Source: Alphaproteobacteria bacterium
GTDB lineage: Bacteria > Pseudomonadota > Alphaproteobacteria > JAIXQD01
NCBI GenBank assembly: GCA_965246895.1
Contig: OZ251993.1
Span: 640,490-704,489, forward strand
Direction: 5' to 3'
Length of the DNA stretch: 64,000 bases
Under the pieces are notes generated by a model that had not been told where the DNA came from, searched no databases, and saw only the letters and a program-made list of their open reading frames with translations. Numbering within the stretch: the first letter of the stretch is position 1; each line of letters opens with the position of its first letter. This document shows positions 49,190 to 60,153 of the stretch, piece by piece. A program made the position numbers and the translations under genes.

Positions 49190-49677
49190 AGCGCGTGATC
49201 CCGCTGTTCCTGATTTTGGTCTTCGGCACGCTGTTTGCCGTGCTGCTGTTGAATCCGGCGCCTAAAAATCAGCAAACGCTGCAGCAGTTGCCAGCTTTGC
49301 AACTTATTCAACAAAATGGCCAACCGCTTATGCTTCCCATCGCGGGGCAGGGGTTCGTCGTCAATGTCTTCGCTTCTTGGTGCGTACCGTGCGCCGCAGA
49401 AATGCCACTGCTGACTGAACTTGCCAAAACCACGCCCATTTATAGCATCGCCTATAAGGACGAGCCGAAAGCGTTAGCGGCTTACCTGCAGCGTTACGGC
49501 AATCCTTTTACAGCGATCATCAACGATGATGGCACGGCAACAGCGCAGCTTGGCATCACCGGTGTTCCAGAAAGCTATCTAGTTGATAAGACTGGCCGTA
49601 TTGTGCGGCATGCCGCAGGCATGCTGGATGCCGCAGAGTTAGCCGATTGGCAGACAGAACTCAAATCATGGCAATAA
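49186..49677 (+). CDS. ccmG: Thiol:disulfide interchange protein CcmG/DsbE
   Basis: WCVPC thioredoxin motif. Confidence 0.85.
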   Translation: MKRVIPLFLILVFGTLFAVLLLNPAPKNQQTLQQLPALQLIQQNGQPLMLPIAGQGFVVNVFASWCVPCAAEMPLLTELAKTTPIYSIAYKDEPKALAAYLQRYGNPFTAIINDDGTATAQLGITGVPESYLVDKTGRIVRHAAGMLDAAELADWQTELKSWQ

Positions 49678-50018
49678 GACTCCTCATCTTTTTGTTGCTC
49701 GCCAACACGGCGTATGCCGATGATCGCGCCACGTCGCTGATGCGTGAAATCCGCTGCGTGGTCTGTAACGCGCAGTCGATTGCTGATAGCGATGCGCCGC
49801 TGGCAGCTGACCTGCGGCGTGAAGTGTCGACACGTGTCGGAAATGGCGAAAGCGATAGCGCGATCAAAACCAGCCTACGCGCCCGCTATGGCGATCAGAT
49901 CTTACTGGCGCCGCCATTGCGCGCCGATACCGCTCCATTATTGGCCGCGCCTGCGATCCTGTTGGCGTTAGCGCTGGCAATATCCTGGCGGCTGTTCAAG
50001 CGGAAGCAGGGAAAATGA
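49668..50018 (+). CDS. ccmH: Cytochrome c-type biogenesis protein CcmH
   Basis: LRCVVCNAQSIADSDAPLAADLR motif; start at ATG 49668 with signal peptide. Confidence 0.8.
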   Translation: MAIRLLIFLLLANTAYADDRATSLMREIRCVVCNAQSIADSDAPLAADLRREVSTRVGNGESDSAIKTSLRARYGDQILLAPPLRADTAPLLAAPAILLALALAISWRLFKRKQGK

Positions 50019-50575
50019 TCGTCTGGTTTGCCGCCGCCATCCTCACCGCTTGCGTGTTGCTTTACACACTCGCACCACTGGCCCGCGCGGGACAGCTGCG
50101 TACTGCCTATGCGCTATCCGCATTTGTCGCGCTGTTGGCATTAGCGCTATACGCCTGGCTTGGTAACCCTAACCTATCTGCGCAACCCGCCGGGCCGCGC
50201 CAAGAAACACAGCAACAAGCTTTGGCGAAAATTGAAGATGGCGCGAATAAGCTGCGGCAGTCCCTTACGCAAAATCCAGACGATGCCGCGGGCTGGGCGC
50301 TGCTGGCCAGCAGCGAAACCGCTTTGAGTCACGACGAAGCCGCTGCCATCGCCTTTGATCATGCAGCCGCGCTTACGGATGGTGAGCGGAAAGAGACTTT
50401 TACCCAGCAAGCTAATGCCGCTCGCCTGGCTGGGCGCTATGAAGCAGGGAAGGGGGCCTGGTTGGCTGGCGATCGTAAAGGGATGGAGGCTAATTGGCGC
50501 CCTCTGCTCGACCTGTTGCCAGACGGTGCGCCCTTGCGCAGCGAATTGCTGCAAAAGCTAGACGCGCCCCAGTAG
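50015..50575 (+). CDS. ccmI: CcmI (CycH)-like protein, short form
   Basis: Two N-terminal TMs + helical repeat region; position after ccmH. Confidence 0.55.
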   Translation: MIVWFAAAILTACVLLYTLAPLARAGQLRTAYALSAFVALLALALYAWLGNPNLSAQPAGPRQETQQQALAKIEDGANKLRQSLTQNPDDAAGWALLASSETALSHDEAAAIAFDHAAALTDGERKETFTQQANAARLAGRYEAGKGAWLAGDRKGMEANWRPLLDLLPDGAPLRSELLQKLDAPQ

Positions 50576-50968
50576 TTATTTTGAGACGTCTATAAAGATC
50601 GTCTTGTTCCGCGGCGCGCGCTTGCATAGCCGCTCCAACTGCTCCGGCGCTATATCGTGATTGCGCACGATCATGACCATCGTCACGTTGCTTTCCCGCA
50701 GGGCGATCTCTAGCGAGAAGGCATCGTCAACGCTGCGGGCCGCGCTATCGCTGCAGACATGGCTGACAGCCCAGCGCTCATAAACTTCATAAACTTTGGC
50801 GCCATCAGCGCCATTATCGCGCTGACGAATGGCATTATCCTGCTGCCGCTTGAGAGTTTTTACCAAAGCTTCCAGTTCAAAACCCGACAGCAGCCGATCC
50901 GGCTGTAAGTCATCGTCACCGGTATCATCCGGGGCGAAGCTATCGTTGGCGGTGAGCTTGGTTGGCAT
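50576..50968 (-). CDS. Hypothetical protein
   Basis: 130-aa ORF, acidic N-terminus. Confidence 0.35.
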   Translation of the reverse strand: MPTKLTANDSFAPDDTGDDDLQPDRLLSGFELEALVKTLKRQQDNAIRQRDNGADGAKVYEVYERWAVSHVCSDSAARSVDDAFSLEIALRESNVTMVMIVRNHDIAPEQLERLCKRAPRNKTIFIDVSK

Positions 50969-51105
50969 CGGTTAAAAAGTATTCCCCAAAAATCTGTGGC
51001 GACGGTCACTTCCCCTGTTGGGATTCATAGCCCGTTAACCATGCATTTATGGCTCCCGCGATTCGCGTTAAGCTGGCAAGCAATCGTATTAGTTGCGCAT
51101 AAAGG

Positions 51106-51125
51106 AAATGCCTGTCGCATTGCAT
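51106..51125. promoter_or_regulatory. Palindrome AATGC-N5-GCATT upstream of the COG0523 GTPase (possible Zur/metalloregulator operator)
   Basis: Read from sequence; COG0523 genes are often Zur-regulated. Confidence 0.2.
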
Positions 51126-51194
51126 CCGTGACTGATTTGCCACAGGCCTGGCGACTAGGTATAAAGCGTATCCACGAATTTCTTAGGAACAGTA

Positions 51195-52178
51195 ATGACC
51201 GTAACAAATACCCAAAAAACAAACAGCATTCCCGTAACAATCCTCACCGGCTATCTCGGCGCAGGCAAGACGACGCTGCTCAATCGCATCCTTACTGAAC
51301 AGCACGGGAAAAAATACGCTGTCATCATCAATGAATTTGGCGAGATAGGGATCGACAATGATCTGGTCGTTGGCGCCGATGAAGAAATCTTCGAGATGAA
51401 TAACGGTTGCATCTGCTGCACGGTGCGTGGCGACCTGATCCGCATTATCGGTAACCTGCTAAAGCGCGGCGGCAAGTTCGATGGCATCATCGTCGAGACG
51501 ACAGGTCTGGCTGATCCAGGCCCGGTCGTGCAGAGCTTCTTTGTCGATGATGCGCTGCAGGCCCGCACGCAACTGGATGCCGTCGTTACTCTGATCGATG
51601 CCGCGCATATCGACGAAAGTCTGAATGCCGGGCATGAAGCGGCAGAGCAGATTGCATTCGCAGATATTATCCTGCTGAACAAAACTGACCTTGTTGATGC
51701 AGACGCGCTTGCTGCTTTAGAAGCACGCTTACGCAACATGAATCCGCTAGCGCCAATCGTGAAGACGAGCCGAAGCGACATCGCGCTCGACAAGATTCTT
51801 GGTATCGGTGCATTTGAACTGGCCCGAATTACCAATATCGAGCCTGATTTCCTAAAAACTGGGCATCACCATACCCACAACGAGGCGGTTGGTAGCGTGG
51901 CGCTGACTATGACAAGGCCCATTGATCCCGCCAAATTTGACCCTTGGATTGGGCAGTTGGCGCAGGATAAAGGCCCCGATTTGCTGCGTTATAAGGGTAT
52001 TATCGACCTTAAGGACGATGCCAAGCAGTTCGTGTTGCAAGGCGTGCATATGATTATGGAAGGCACGCCGACCCAGTTTTGGCCAAAAGATCAGCCGCGC
52101 GTCAGCAGGCTCGTGTTCATTGGCAAAAATCTGGATGAAGCAGAACTGAAGGCTGGCTTTGAGGCTTGCGCGGCGTGA
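51195..52178 (+). CDS. COG0523/CobW-family G3E GTPase (zinc metallochaperone-like)
   Basis: [10 protein letters not shown] Walker A; CICCTVRGD metal-binding CxCC motif. Confidence 0.85.
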   Translation: MTVTNTQKTNSIPVTILTGYLGAGKTTLLNRILTEQHGKKYAVIINEFGEIGIDNDLVVGADEEIFEMNNGCICCTVRGDLIRIIGNLLKRGGKFDGIIVETTGLADPGPVVQSFFVDDALQARTQLDAVVTLIDAAHIDESLNAGHEAAEQIAFADIILLNKTDLVDADALAALEARLRNMNPLAPIVKTSRSDIALDKILGIGAFELARITNIEPDFLKTGHHHTHNEAVGSVALTMTRPIDPAKFDPWIGQLAQDKGPDLLRYKGIIDLKDDAKQFVLQGVHMIMEGTPTQFWPKDQPRVSRLVFIGKNLDEAELKAGFEACAA

Positions 52179-53206
52179 CAAACAAGTCGCCGATCGCTGA
52201 ACAGTGGCAATTTGATAGCGCCGTGATGGCTTTAACACTGAGCCGCGACAATATGCGGTTGGCGATTGCCTGTGCGGATGGCGTTGCGCAAATTCTGGAA
52301 ACAGGCGAGGGCGCGCAGCCAGGAAGCGTAGCACTGCACAAAGGCGCAACACTGACAATTGCCGCTGGCTTCGACGAAGCTGATTTTGTTGCGGGCGGCG
52401 AAGATGGGCGTTTGGTTGCACTTGATGGCAATAATATAAGCGAACTCGCCGTTCACAAAAACCAATGGCTAGAACAGATCGCCGTCGCCCCGAAGTTGGG
52501 ACAAGTTTTCTATGGCGTTGGTAAAACCATTGTCCGCGTGCGTCGCGATGGCTCAGTGCCAGGCACGCCTTGGGCTATTCCGTCAACGCCCGGTAGTCTG
52601 GCGCTGCACCCGCAGGAAAAGCGGCTAGCGGTTGCGCATTACAATGGCGTCAGCATTTATCCATTGAACGCCAAGCATGCGGAGCCCATGCAGCTGAACT
52701 GGCAAGGCTCGCACCTGCTTTCGGCCTGGCACCCGAATGGCGAGATCATCTGCACAACGATGCAAGAAGCCGGGCTACATGGTTGGCGGTTGACCGATAA
52801 GGCGGAGATGCGCATGTCGGGCTACCAAAGTAAGCCTGAGGCGCTGGCATTCTTTGAGGATGGAAAATATCTGGCGACAGCCGGATCGCCGCAGATCGTA
52901 TGCTGGCCGTTCTTCGGCGGCGGGCCATGGGGGAAGGCACCGCTGATGATCGGGCCAGATACCGAGGCAGTTGTCAGTCGCCTTGCCCCTCATCCAGCAG
53001 ACTCACTGCTTGCGGTTGGCTATGACAACGGCGCTTTGACGCTACAGCCTGTACACGAAGGCAATCCATTACCGCTGTTGCAAGGTGATGGCGATAAACT
53101 GGCCGCGCTCGTCTGGACGGATGACGGTCGTGCGCTTTATGCAGGAACCGAGAGTGGCAGGCTCTATCGATTCACGGTTGAGAGTGTAAGCACCGCGTTC
53201 CAATGA
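52166..53206 (+). CDS. WD40/beta-propeller-like protein (TTG start per track; true start may be downstream)
   Basis: Repeated ...LA.G..DG.L.L.. blocks. Confidence 0.45.
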   Translation: MRGVTNKSPIAEQWQFDSAVMALTLSRDNMRLAIACADGVAQILETGEGAQPGSVALHKGATLTIAAGFDEADFVAGGEDGRLVALDGNNISELAVHKNQWLEQIAVAPKLGQVFYGVGKTIVRVRRDGSVPGTPWAIPSTPGSLALHPQEKRLAVAHYNGVSIYPLNAKHAEPMQLNWQGSHLLSAWHPNGEIICTTMQEAGLHGWRLTDKAEMRMSGYQSKPEALAFFEDGKYLATAGSPQIVCWPFFGGGPWGKAPLMIGPDTEAVVSRLAPHPADSLLAVGYDNGALTLQPVHEGNPLPLLQGDGDKLAALVWTDDGRALYAGTESGRLYRFTVESVSTAFQ

Positions 53207-53863
53207 TTAAGCCTTAGCTTTGTCACGCTTCCGCTGCGCTTTATTCGCATAGAGCGACTTGTCTGCTTTTGCGATCAATTGGCCAGAGCTATAACCTGGC
53301 GTTACAGTGATTGCGCCATGACTGACGGCAAGTGGAAAACTGCGATTGGTGTAAGTCACCAGCTTGCTATTCAGCATAGCAACCAGCCGCGCCACGCGAG
53401 CCAGCGCCGCCTCGGGTTCAGCATCGGTCAGTAAGATTGCGAATTCATCCCCGCCAAGGCGACCCACATAATCAGTAATGCGGACGCTGGCTAATCCTTC
53501 TGATAGCGCTTTAATGTAAGCGTCGCCAGCGGGATGGCCAAAGCTATCATTAATCTGCTTTAGGCCATCGAGGTCGAACAAGACGAGGAGCGCGGTGGTT
53601 TTATTCTGGCGCTGGGCGCGGTCGACTTCGCGGGCCAAAGCCTTGTAGAAGCCACGTTGGTTAAGCACTCCCGTGAGAGGATCGGTCTGTACTTCGCTTT
53701 CCAGCGTCATAATGCGCTGTTGCTGCTTTTCAATTAGGTCGAGTGCGCGGGCGAGAGCCGCATTTGCTTCAAAGGCTGCCTGATCGGGCCACGCCATAGG
53801 ATTAACTTGCGCATTATTGAGTTGAGACTTGGCGAAAAGGGCGTTTGCAAAAGGCGGCATCAC
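53207..53863 (-). CDS. Stand-alone GGDEF diguanylate cyclase
   Basis: RLGGDEFAILL; no sensor domain. Confidence 0.8.
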   Translation of the reverse strand: MMPPFANALFAKSQLNNAQVNPMAWPDQAAFEANAALARALDLIEKQQQRIMTLESEVQTDPLTGVLNQRGFYKALAREVDRAQRQNKTTALLVLFDLDGLKQINDSFGHPAGDAYIKALSEGLASVRITDYVGRLGGDEFAILLTDAEPEAALARVARLVAMLNSKLVTYTNRSFPLAVSHGAITVTPGYSSGQLIAKADKSLYANKAQRKRDKAKA

Positions 53864-54081
53864 AGAACTCCAATTGGTTATGAGAGTAAGCTTTGCAAAG
53901 CGCGTGCCATCGTTATCTGCCCGAAATGACTAGATATTTTGTATGTGCGGGTTAAATCTGCCGATCTGTTAAGGGCCTTCCTACCCACAGCGGCATTTTT
54001 GGCGCTACCGCAAGTCTTTAAACTTTACTAACGTCTTTCGTGCTGCATTGGCGTTGGCGCTAATAGATTTTTCGACAGGAA

Positions 54082-54981
54082 GTGTTTTTGCTGAGCCGTT
54101 TCCGCATTCTAATTGTTTCTCTTCTACTTACGGCAGCGCTGTTGGTATTGGGCGTTTGGGCTTGGCCCGATGCTGCCCCAGAGCAAGAGACAGCAGCCGT
54201 GATCGCGCGTGAAGCCGCAGCGGAGTCTATCACCATCACGCCGCACCGTGCGCTTTACGATTTGCATCTAGCGGACGTGAAAAGCGACAGCGGTATCAAT
54301 AATGCAGGCGGGCAGCTGCTGTTCGTTTGGGGCGATAGCTGCGACGGCTGGACGATCGAGCAGCGCCTGAACTTGGCGTTTTCATACACCGAAGGCGGTC
54401 GCCAGAGGATCCAGACTAGCCTTGCTAGCTGGGAAGCTAAAGACGGCAGTGATTTCAGATTTTCTGTGCGGCGCAATGTGAATGGCAAGCAAAAAGAAGA
54501 GTTTGAAGGCAAAGCGCAGTTGGCCAGTGATGGCAGTGGCACAGCGCATTACACAATGCCGAATGGCCATACGGTCGACCTTGCGCCCAGGACGCTATTT
54601 CCCACAGTTCATACACTGCAGATTCTGCGGGCGGCTAAAGCCGGTAAGACAATGTTAACGCGCGAAGTATTTGATGGTGCGGACGAGGCTGGGCAGAATC
54701 AAATCACTGCATTTATAGGTGCGCAAAAAGATGTGCCTGCGGCTGCTGATGAGGCGGCCAATGCATTGAACCATGGGCGCGGCTGGCCGGTGCATATGGC
54801 GTTCTTCGCGCCCAAGACCGACGATAATGCCGATACAAGTGAGGCGGGATTGCCAGATTATGAAATGTCGATGACGTTGCTGGAAACCGGGGTCGCGCAT
54901 GATTTAGTAATCGATTATGGCGACTTTACAGTGAATGCGACCTTGCGTGCCGTCGAACCACTGCCGCAGCCGAGCTGCTGA
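54082..54981 (+). CDS. Periplasmic DUF1849/EipB-like protein
   Basis: Signal peptide; family guess from memory. Confidence 0.4.
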   Translation: MFLLSRFRILIVSLLLTAALLVLGVWAWPDAAPEQETAAVIAREAAAESITITPHRALYDLHLADVKSDSGINNAGGQLLFVWGDSCDGWTIEQRLNLAFSYTEGGRQRIQTSLASWEAKDGSDFRFSVRRNVNGKQKEEFEGKAQLASDGSGTAHYTMPNGHTVDLAPRTLFPTVHTLQILRAAKAGKTMLTREVFDGADEAGQNQITAFIGAQKDVPAAADEAANALNHGRGWPVHMAFFAPKTDDNADTSEAGLPDYEMSMTLLETGVAHDLVIDYGDFTVNATLRAVEPLPQPSC

Positions 54982-55379
54982 TGACCCAAACAATTGCAAA
55001 AAAAGTTCTTATTGTTGAAGATAATGAACTCAATCTAAAGCTGTTCCGCGATTTGCTGGTCGCGCATGGGTATACAACTTGCGATACACGCGAAGGCATG
55101 GAAGCCGTGCGACTGGCGCGGGTAGAAAAGCCTGACTTGATCTTAATGGACATCCAATTGCCAGAGGTTTCAGGCCTAGAAGTGATCCGCTGGCTAAAAG
55201 ATGATGCAGCATTGGCAAAGATACCGGTCATTGCTGTCACTGCATTCGCTATGAAGGGCGACGAAGAGCGTATTCGGGCCAGCGGTTGCGAGGATTATCT
55301 GTCTAAGCCAATCTCGATTGCCAAATTTTTAGAGATGGTGCGCGCTTATGCGCCGCTCCAAACTGTACAAGAAAGCTAA
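54981..55379 (+). CDS. divK: Single-domain response regulator DivK
   Basis: [20 protein letters not shown]...LILMDIQLP...SKP; followed by pleD. Confidence 0.9.
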   Translation: MTQTIAKKVLIVEDNELNLKLFRDLLVAHGYTTCDTREGMEAVRLARVEKPDLILMDIQLPEVSGLEVIRWLKDDAALAKIPVIAVTAFAMKGDEERIRASGCEDYLSKPISIAKFLEMVRAYAPLQTVQES

Positions 55380-55385
55380 GCTTAC

Positions 55386-56771
55386 ATGTCCGCCCGGATT
55401 TTGGTTGTCGATGATAATCCCCTCAATATTAAGCTACTCGCTGCTCGGCTAACGCGGGAATATTATATGGTCGAGACCGCGACAAGCGGGGCCTTGGCGC
55501 TGGAAGCAGTAGCTAATCAATTGCCAGATATTATCTTGCTCGATGTCACTATGCCGGAGATGGACGGTTTTGAAGTGTGCATGAAATTGCGCGCAGACCC
55601 GCGAGCCAAGCATATCCCCATTATCATGGTCACAGCGCTGACTGATATTTCAGATCGGGTGAATGGCCTTCGCGTGGGTGCGGATGACTTTATCTCTAAA
55701 CCTATTAATCCAGAAGCGCTGTTGGCGCGTGTACGCTCGCTCTTGCGTTTGAAATTTCTGATGGATGAGTGGCGCTTACGGGAAAATTCAGCGGCGGCTT
55801 TCGGAGGCGCCGATCCATTGCGTGCTACAGGGCCGGAAGTTGATATCAATAATATTGCCGGCGCGCAGTTACTCTATTTTAGCGAAGATTCCAGCGAACA
55901 CGGGCGTATTGCGCCAGCGTTATTGGCAGAACAAATCTCGCTTGATCAAGTAACAACGCCAGACGAGGTGCTGCCGATCTTAGCCGAAGGCGCGTACGAA
56001 GCCGTAATGCTCTCATTGCGACCCGGAGACGACCGCTCATTACAACTAATCGCGACGCTGCGCGCGGCAGAGGCAACACGTAATCTGCCGATCGTGATGG
56101 TGGCCGATGATATGGATATCGGCCGGGTGGCGCGTGCGCTGGAATTAGGCGCGACTGACTATATTCTGCGTCCACTCGATAATAACGAGCTGCTGGCGCG
56201 CGTGCGCACGCAGATCAAGCAGACGCGTACCTATCAAAGGCTGCGCGAGAATTATGAGCGCTCGCTTGCCATGGCGCTAACTGATCCATTAACTGGCGCT
56301 TTCAACCGGCGTTACCTTGATTTGCATCTGCCACGCATTTTTAGCCGTGCTCGCACAGGTGAAAAGCCGCTGTCGATGCTCTATGTCGACCTGGATCATT
56401 TCAAAGTCGTCAACGACACGCACGGTCATCCGGTTGGTGATGCGGTGCTAAAGGAATTGGTTGAACGGCTTAACCAAAATTTACGTACCTTTGACATGGT
56501 GGTGCGCGTGGGTGGTGAAGAGTTTGCTGTACTAATGCCTGAAACGGATGCCGCTACCGCTGCCATGATTGGTGAGCGCTTGTGCCGTCGTATCGCCGAA
56601 GTCGCTTTTAGTTTACCGAGTCACGAGCTGCAGCTAGCGCTTTCCGCTAGCGTTGGTGTTGCGACAATGCAGCCTAGTGATGCCGATGGCATGGCGCTGC
56701 TGGAGCGAGCCGACCAAGCGCTTTATAAAGCTAAACACGAAGGTCGAAATCGCGTCGAGATCGCAAGCTAG
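55386..56771 (+). CDS. pleD: Response regulator PleD (REC-REC-GGDEF)
   Basis: Tandem receivers then GGEEF active site; classic divK-pleD arrangement. Confidence 0.9.
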   Translation: MSARILVVDDNPLNIKLLAARLTREYYMVETATSGALALEAVANQLPDIILLDVTMPEMDGFEVCMKLRADPRAKHIPIIMVTALTDISDRVNGLRVGADDFISKPINPEALLARVRSLLRLKFLMDEWRLRENSAAAFGGADPLRATGPEVDINNIAGAQLLYFSEDSSEHGRIAPALLAEQISLDQVTTPDEVLPILAEGAYEAVMLSLRPGDDRSLQLIATLRAAEATRNLPIVMVADDMDIGRVARALELGATDYILRPLDNNELLARVRTQIKQTRTYQRLRENYERSLAMALTDPLTGAFNRRYLDLHLPRIFSRARTGEKPLSMLYVDLDHFKVVNDTHGHPVGDAVLKELVERLNQNLRTFDMVVRVGGEEFAVLMPETDAATAAMIGERLCRRIAEVAFSLPSHELQLALSASVGVATMQPSDADGMALLERADQALYKAKHEGRNRVEIAS

Positions 56772-56813
56772 AACGGTTGTTTTAATGTACAGGCCGACTT
56801 AGACTGCCGCCCA

Positions 56814-59312
56814 ATGCGCATTCTCGTCACCCTTCTGTCGCTCGTCTTTTTCGGCACCATCGCAGTGGTGGGGGCCGTCATCATTGGCATCCAGATTTAC
56901 AGCCAGGATTTACCAGATTACAGCGTCCTTAAAGATTACGCGCCGCCGACTTTGACCCGGTTGCATGCAGGGGATGGCCGCTTGCTGGCAGAGTTTGCTG
57001 CCGAACGCCGTGTCTTTGTGCCCTATGAGGCTATTCCGGAGCGCGTGCGTAACGCGTTTATCGCCGCTGAAGATAAGGATTTTTATAATCACCAGGGCGT
57101 CGATTTCCAATCCGTCATCCGCGCGGGAGTGCAAAACTTTGAGGCGCGGGGCAGCGGCAAGCGCCCGGTTGGGGCTTCGACTATCACGCAACAAGTTGCG
57201 CGTAATTTCTTTTTGACCAACGAAGTGTCTTATACTCGCAAGATCAGGGAGATCCTGCTGGCATTTCGGCTCGAACGGGCGCTATCCAAAGAACGTATTT
57301 TAGAACTTTATCTGAACCAGATATTCCTAGGGGAGCGCAGCTATGGTGTGGCTGCTGCGGCCCAAGGCTACTTCAACAAATCGCTAGACGAACTGACGGT
57401 CGCTGAATGTGCTTATTTGGCTTCGCTGCCAAAGGCGCCGAATAACTATAACCCTACCCGCAATCATGAGGCGGCACTGACCCGTCGTAATTGGGTAATT
57501 GGGCGTATGCACGAAGAAGGTTATGTCACTCAAGCCGAGATGGACACAGCTTTGAAAGAACCATTGGCGATTGCCGACCGTGATGGCAGCGAAACCGTAA
57601 CTGCCGATTATTTCGCTGAAGAAGTGCGTCGCGAGTTGGTCGATAAATATAGCGCCGACGCTGTGCTCCAAGGCGGACTTTACGTGCGCACCTCGGTTAA
57701 TCCAAAGTTGCAGGTGGAAGCCGATAAGGCTTTGCGCGAGGGTCTGATGGCCTATGACCGCCGTCATGGTTATCGCGGGCCTGTAGCGCACAATCTTTCG
57801 CTGTTGGGTTGGCCGGCGCCATTAAAGGCTATTCAGAAGCCATTAGGTGCGGAAGGCTGGGAGTTGGTAGCCGTGACAAGCGCGAGCGCGACTGAAGCCG
57901 CGATCGCTACCATGACCAGCACTGGCACGATGAGCGGCACGGATTACACATGGTCGGGCGGTAAGCTGAAGCGCGGCGATGTTGTGCTGGCCGAGAAGCT
58001 GGAAGGCAATAAATTCGCGTTGCGACAAGTGCCGCTGGTGCAGGGGGGGCTCGTCTCACTCGACCCGAACACGGGCCGCGTACTCGCGATGAGTGGCGGG
58101 TTCAGTCACGCGATGAGCGTTTTTAATCGCGTGACGCAGGCACAGCGGCAGCCAGGCTCAAGCTTTAAACCATTCGTCTATATGGCTGCGCTTGATAACG
58201 GCTTTAATCCGTCGTCGCTCATCGTCGACGGGCCGATTGCCCTACCACAAGGCCCCGGCTTACCCATATGGCGGCCAGAGAATTACGAGCATGACTTTTT
58301 AGGGCCGTCGACACTGCGCACAGGTGTGGAGAAATCCCGTAACCTCATGACGATCCGGCTTGCGCATGCGATTGGCATGGATAAGGTCGCAGATATTACG
58401 AAGCGCTTTGGCATCAACGATAATCTGCCTAAATATCTGGCAATGGCGATCGGCGCGATCGATACCACGCCGCTGAAAATGGCGACCGCTTATGGCATGA
58501 TTGTTAATGGCGGCAAGCAGATCGCGCCTAGTTTTGTCGACATGGTACAAGATCGCCGCGGGCGCACTGTCTGGCGGCGCGGCGGGCGCCTATGCACGGC
58601 TTGCATGAACGTCAACTGGCAACCAGGCATGGCTGTGCCGGAAATTCCAGATCCACGCGCGCAGATCGAAGACCCACGCACAACGGGGCAAATGGTCTCG
58701 ATCATGGAAGGCGTCGTGCAGCGCGGCACGGCGGCGGCTTTGAAAAAGACGCTCAATTTCCCAGTTGCGGGCAAGACCGGCACCACGAATGAGTCGCGCG
58801 ATGTCTGGTTCATAGGTTTCACGCCCGATTTGGTAACAGCAGTTTATGTCGGCTATGACGATCCAAAGTCGCTTGGCAAGCATGAAACGGGTGCAACCGT
58901 AGCCGTACCGATCTTTGGGCAGTTCATGAAAGCAGCGATGACTGACCGGCCAAAAGTACCATTTCGTGTGCCTGAAGGTTTGCGCTTCGTACGCATCGAT
59001 CCGCGCAGCGGACAAGAGGTTGAGCCAGGCACGCCGGGCGCGATCTGGGAAGGTTACAAGCCGGGCACAGAGCCTGGCGCTGCGCCGCAAACGATCTTGC
59101 GCGATGGTGAAGTTGCGGGCGAAGAGGGGGTTAGCGTTGAAGGCGAGAGCGCTGCCGATGGCGTCTCAGTCGATGAAGGCAGTTCAAATTCATCTGCTGC
59201 CGGGCAACCTGTCGACAATTCGATCCCAGGCGTTCCTACTGCGCCTGGCCAGGCAAATACCCCGACTTTAGGCAAACCGGAAGAGATACAGGGAACGGGC
59301 GGGCTGTATTAG
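56814..59312 (+). CDS. mrcA: Penicillin-binding protein 1A (glycosyltransferase + transpeptidase)
   Basis: GT51 motifs (EDKDFYNHQG, RKIRE); transpeptidase STxK-like, SxN, KTG. Confidence 0.9.
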   Translation: MRILVTLLSLVFFGTIAVVGAVIIGIQIYSQDLPDYSVLKDYAPPTLTRLHAGDGRLLAEFAAERRVFVPYEAIPERVRNAFIAAEDKDFYNHQGVDFQSVIRAGVQNFEARGSGKRPVGASTITQQVARNFFLTNEVSYTRKIREILLAFRLERALSKERILELYLNQIFLGERSYGVAAAAQGYFNKSLDELTVAECAYLASLPKAPNNYNPTRNHEAALTRRNWVIGRMHEEGYVTQAEMDTALKEPLAIADRDGSETVTADYFAEEVRRELVDKYSADAVLQGGLYVRTSVNPKLQVEADKALREGLMAYDRRHGYRGPVAHNLSLLGWPAPLKAIQKPLGAEGWELVAVTSASATEAAIATMTSTGTMSGTDYTWSGGKLKRGDVVLAEKLEGNKFALRQVPLVQGGLVSLDPNTGRVLAMSGGFSHAMSVFNRVTQAQRQPGSSFKPFVYMAALDNGFNPSSLIVDGPIALPQGPGLPIWRPENYEHDFLGPSTLRTGVEKSRNLMTIRLAHAIGMDKVADITKRFGINDNLPKYLAMAIGAIDTTPLKMATAYGMIVNGGKQIAPSFVDMVQDRRGRTVWRRGGRLCTACMNVNWQPGMAVPEIPDPRAQIEDPRTTGQMVSIMEGVVQRGTAAALKKTLNFPVAGKTGTTNESRDVWFIGFTPDLVTAVYVGYDDPKSLGKHETGATVAVPIFGQFMKAAMTDRPKVPFRVPEGLRFVRIDPRSGQEVEPGTPGAIWEGYKPGTEPGAAPQTILRDGEVAGEEGVSVEGESAADGVSVDEGSSNSSAAGQPVDNSIPGVPTAPGQANTPTLGKPEEIQGTGGLY

Positions 59313-59349
59313 ACAGTTGAAATCATGGTGAAAGTAAAGCGGTTGAAGT

Positions 59350-59811
59350 GTGAAAATCATTTTGCATTATACTGACAACATGCATTCCAACATTAAGCCG
59401 CATCCTAAAGAATTAGAACTGCATGCCAACACGCTGCAGCATATCGTGCGGCGGCTTGGTAATTTACGACTGAAAGAAAGTGATCCTGCGGCGCGTAAAA
59501 AGCTGGCACGGCGCATGCGGCTTTATAAAGCGGAAGAGAAGCGCGTTTTAGCGGGCAGCCCGACAGCTTACGCGCGCACCTGTGACTATCATACGCGCTA
59601 CAGCCATATCCTCTATTGCTTCAGAAACGATTTTGTTGGTATCGGCATGCCTCGACGACCTATCCGGCCATTTCATTATGAAGATTATGTGACATTGGCC
59701 TATACGCGAGACACGCTCGCTAAAATCAGAACCTTGCAAGAATATCAAACTGGACCTGCGCACGACGTTTTGCCGAAACCACACAAGGCGCGGAAATTAT
59801 CGGCTGGCTAA
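59350..59811 (+). CDS. Hypothetical protein (AT-richer)
   Basis: 153-aa ORF. Confidence 0.35.
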   Translation: MKIILHYTDNMHSNIKPHPKELELHANTLQHIVRRLGNLRLKESDPAARKKLARRMRLYKAEEKRVLAGSPTAYARTCDYHTRYSHILYCFRNDFVGIGMPRRPIRPFHYEDYVTLAYTRDTLAKIRTLQEYQTGPAHDVLPKPHKARKLSAG

Positions 59812-60078
59812 TTAGCGCTGAAAATTAGCGAGCCTAGCGACGACTGTCGGTTCTGGCTTGGCTGGGCCGGCTCTTAACTGAATCGGGCCGCCGTTTATCT
59901 TAGTTGCTTCGGCTAGCAAGCGCGCATAATTGAGAACCTTTTTATTGCGTGGCGCCTTTGCTGCTTTCATCGAGCGCAGCTTAACGCGCGCTACATATTC
60001 CGCTGCCGTCATGCCGTCTGGCAGTTCGATATTAATGACTGTCATTTTATGGCCTGTTAAATCAGGGGTCTTACTCAT
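59812..60078 (-). CDS. Hypothetical protein
   Basis: 88-aa ORF convergent with previous. Confidence 0.35.
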   Translation of the reverse strand: MSKTPDLTGHKMTVINIELPDGMTAAEYVARVKLRSMKAAKAPRNKKVLNYARLLAEATKINGGPIQLRAGPAKPEPTVVARLANFQR

Positions 60079-60153
60079 TATCCGCTCCGATTGACGTTTT
60101 AATATGAGGCGGAGTATACAAGCCGCTTACCCATTAGCGATGGATTTATTTAC

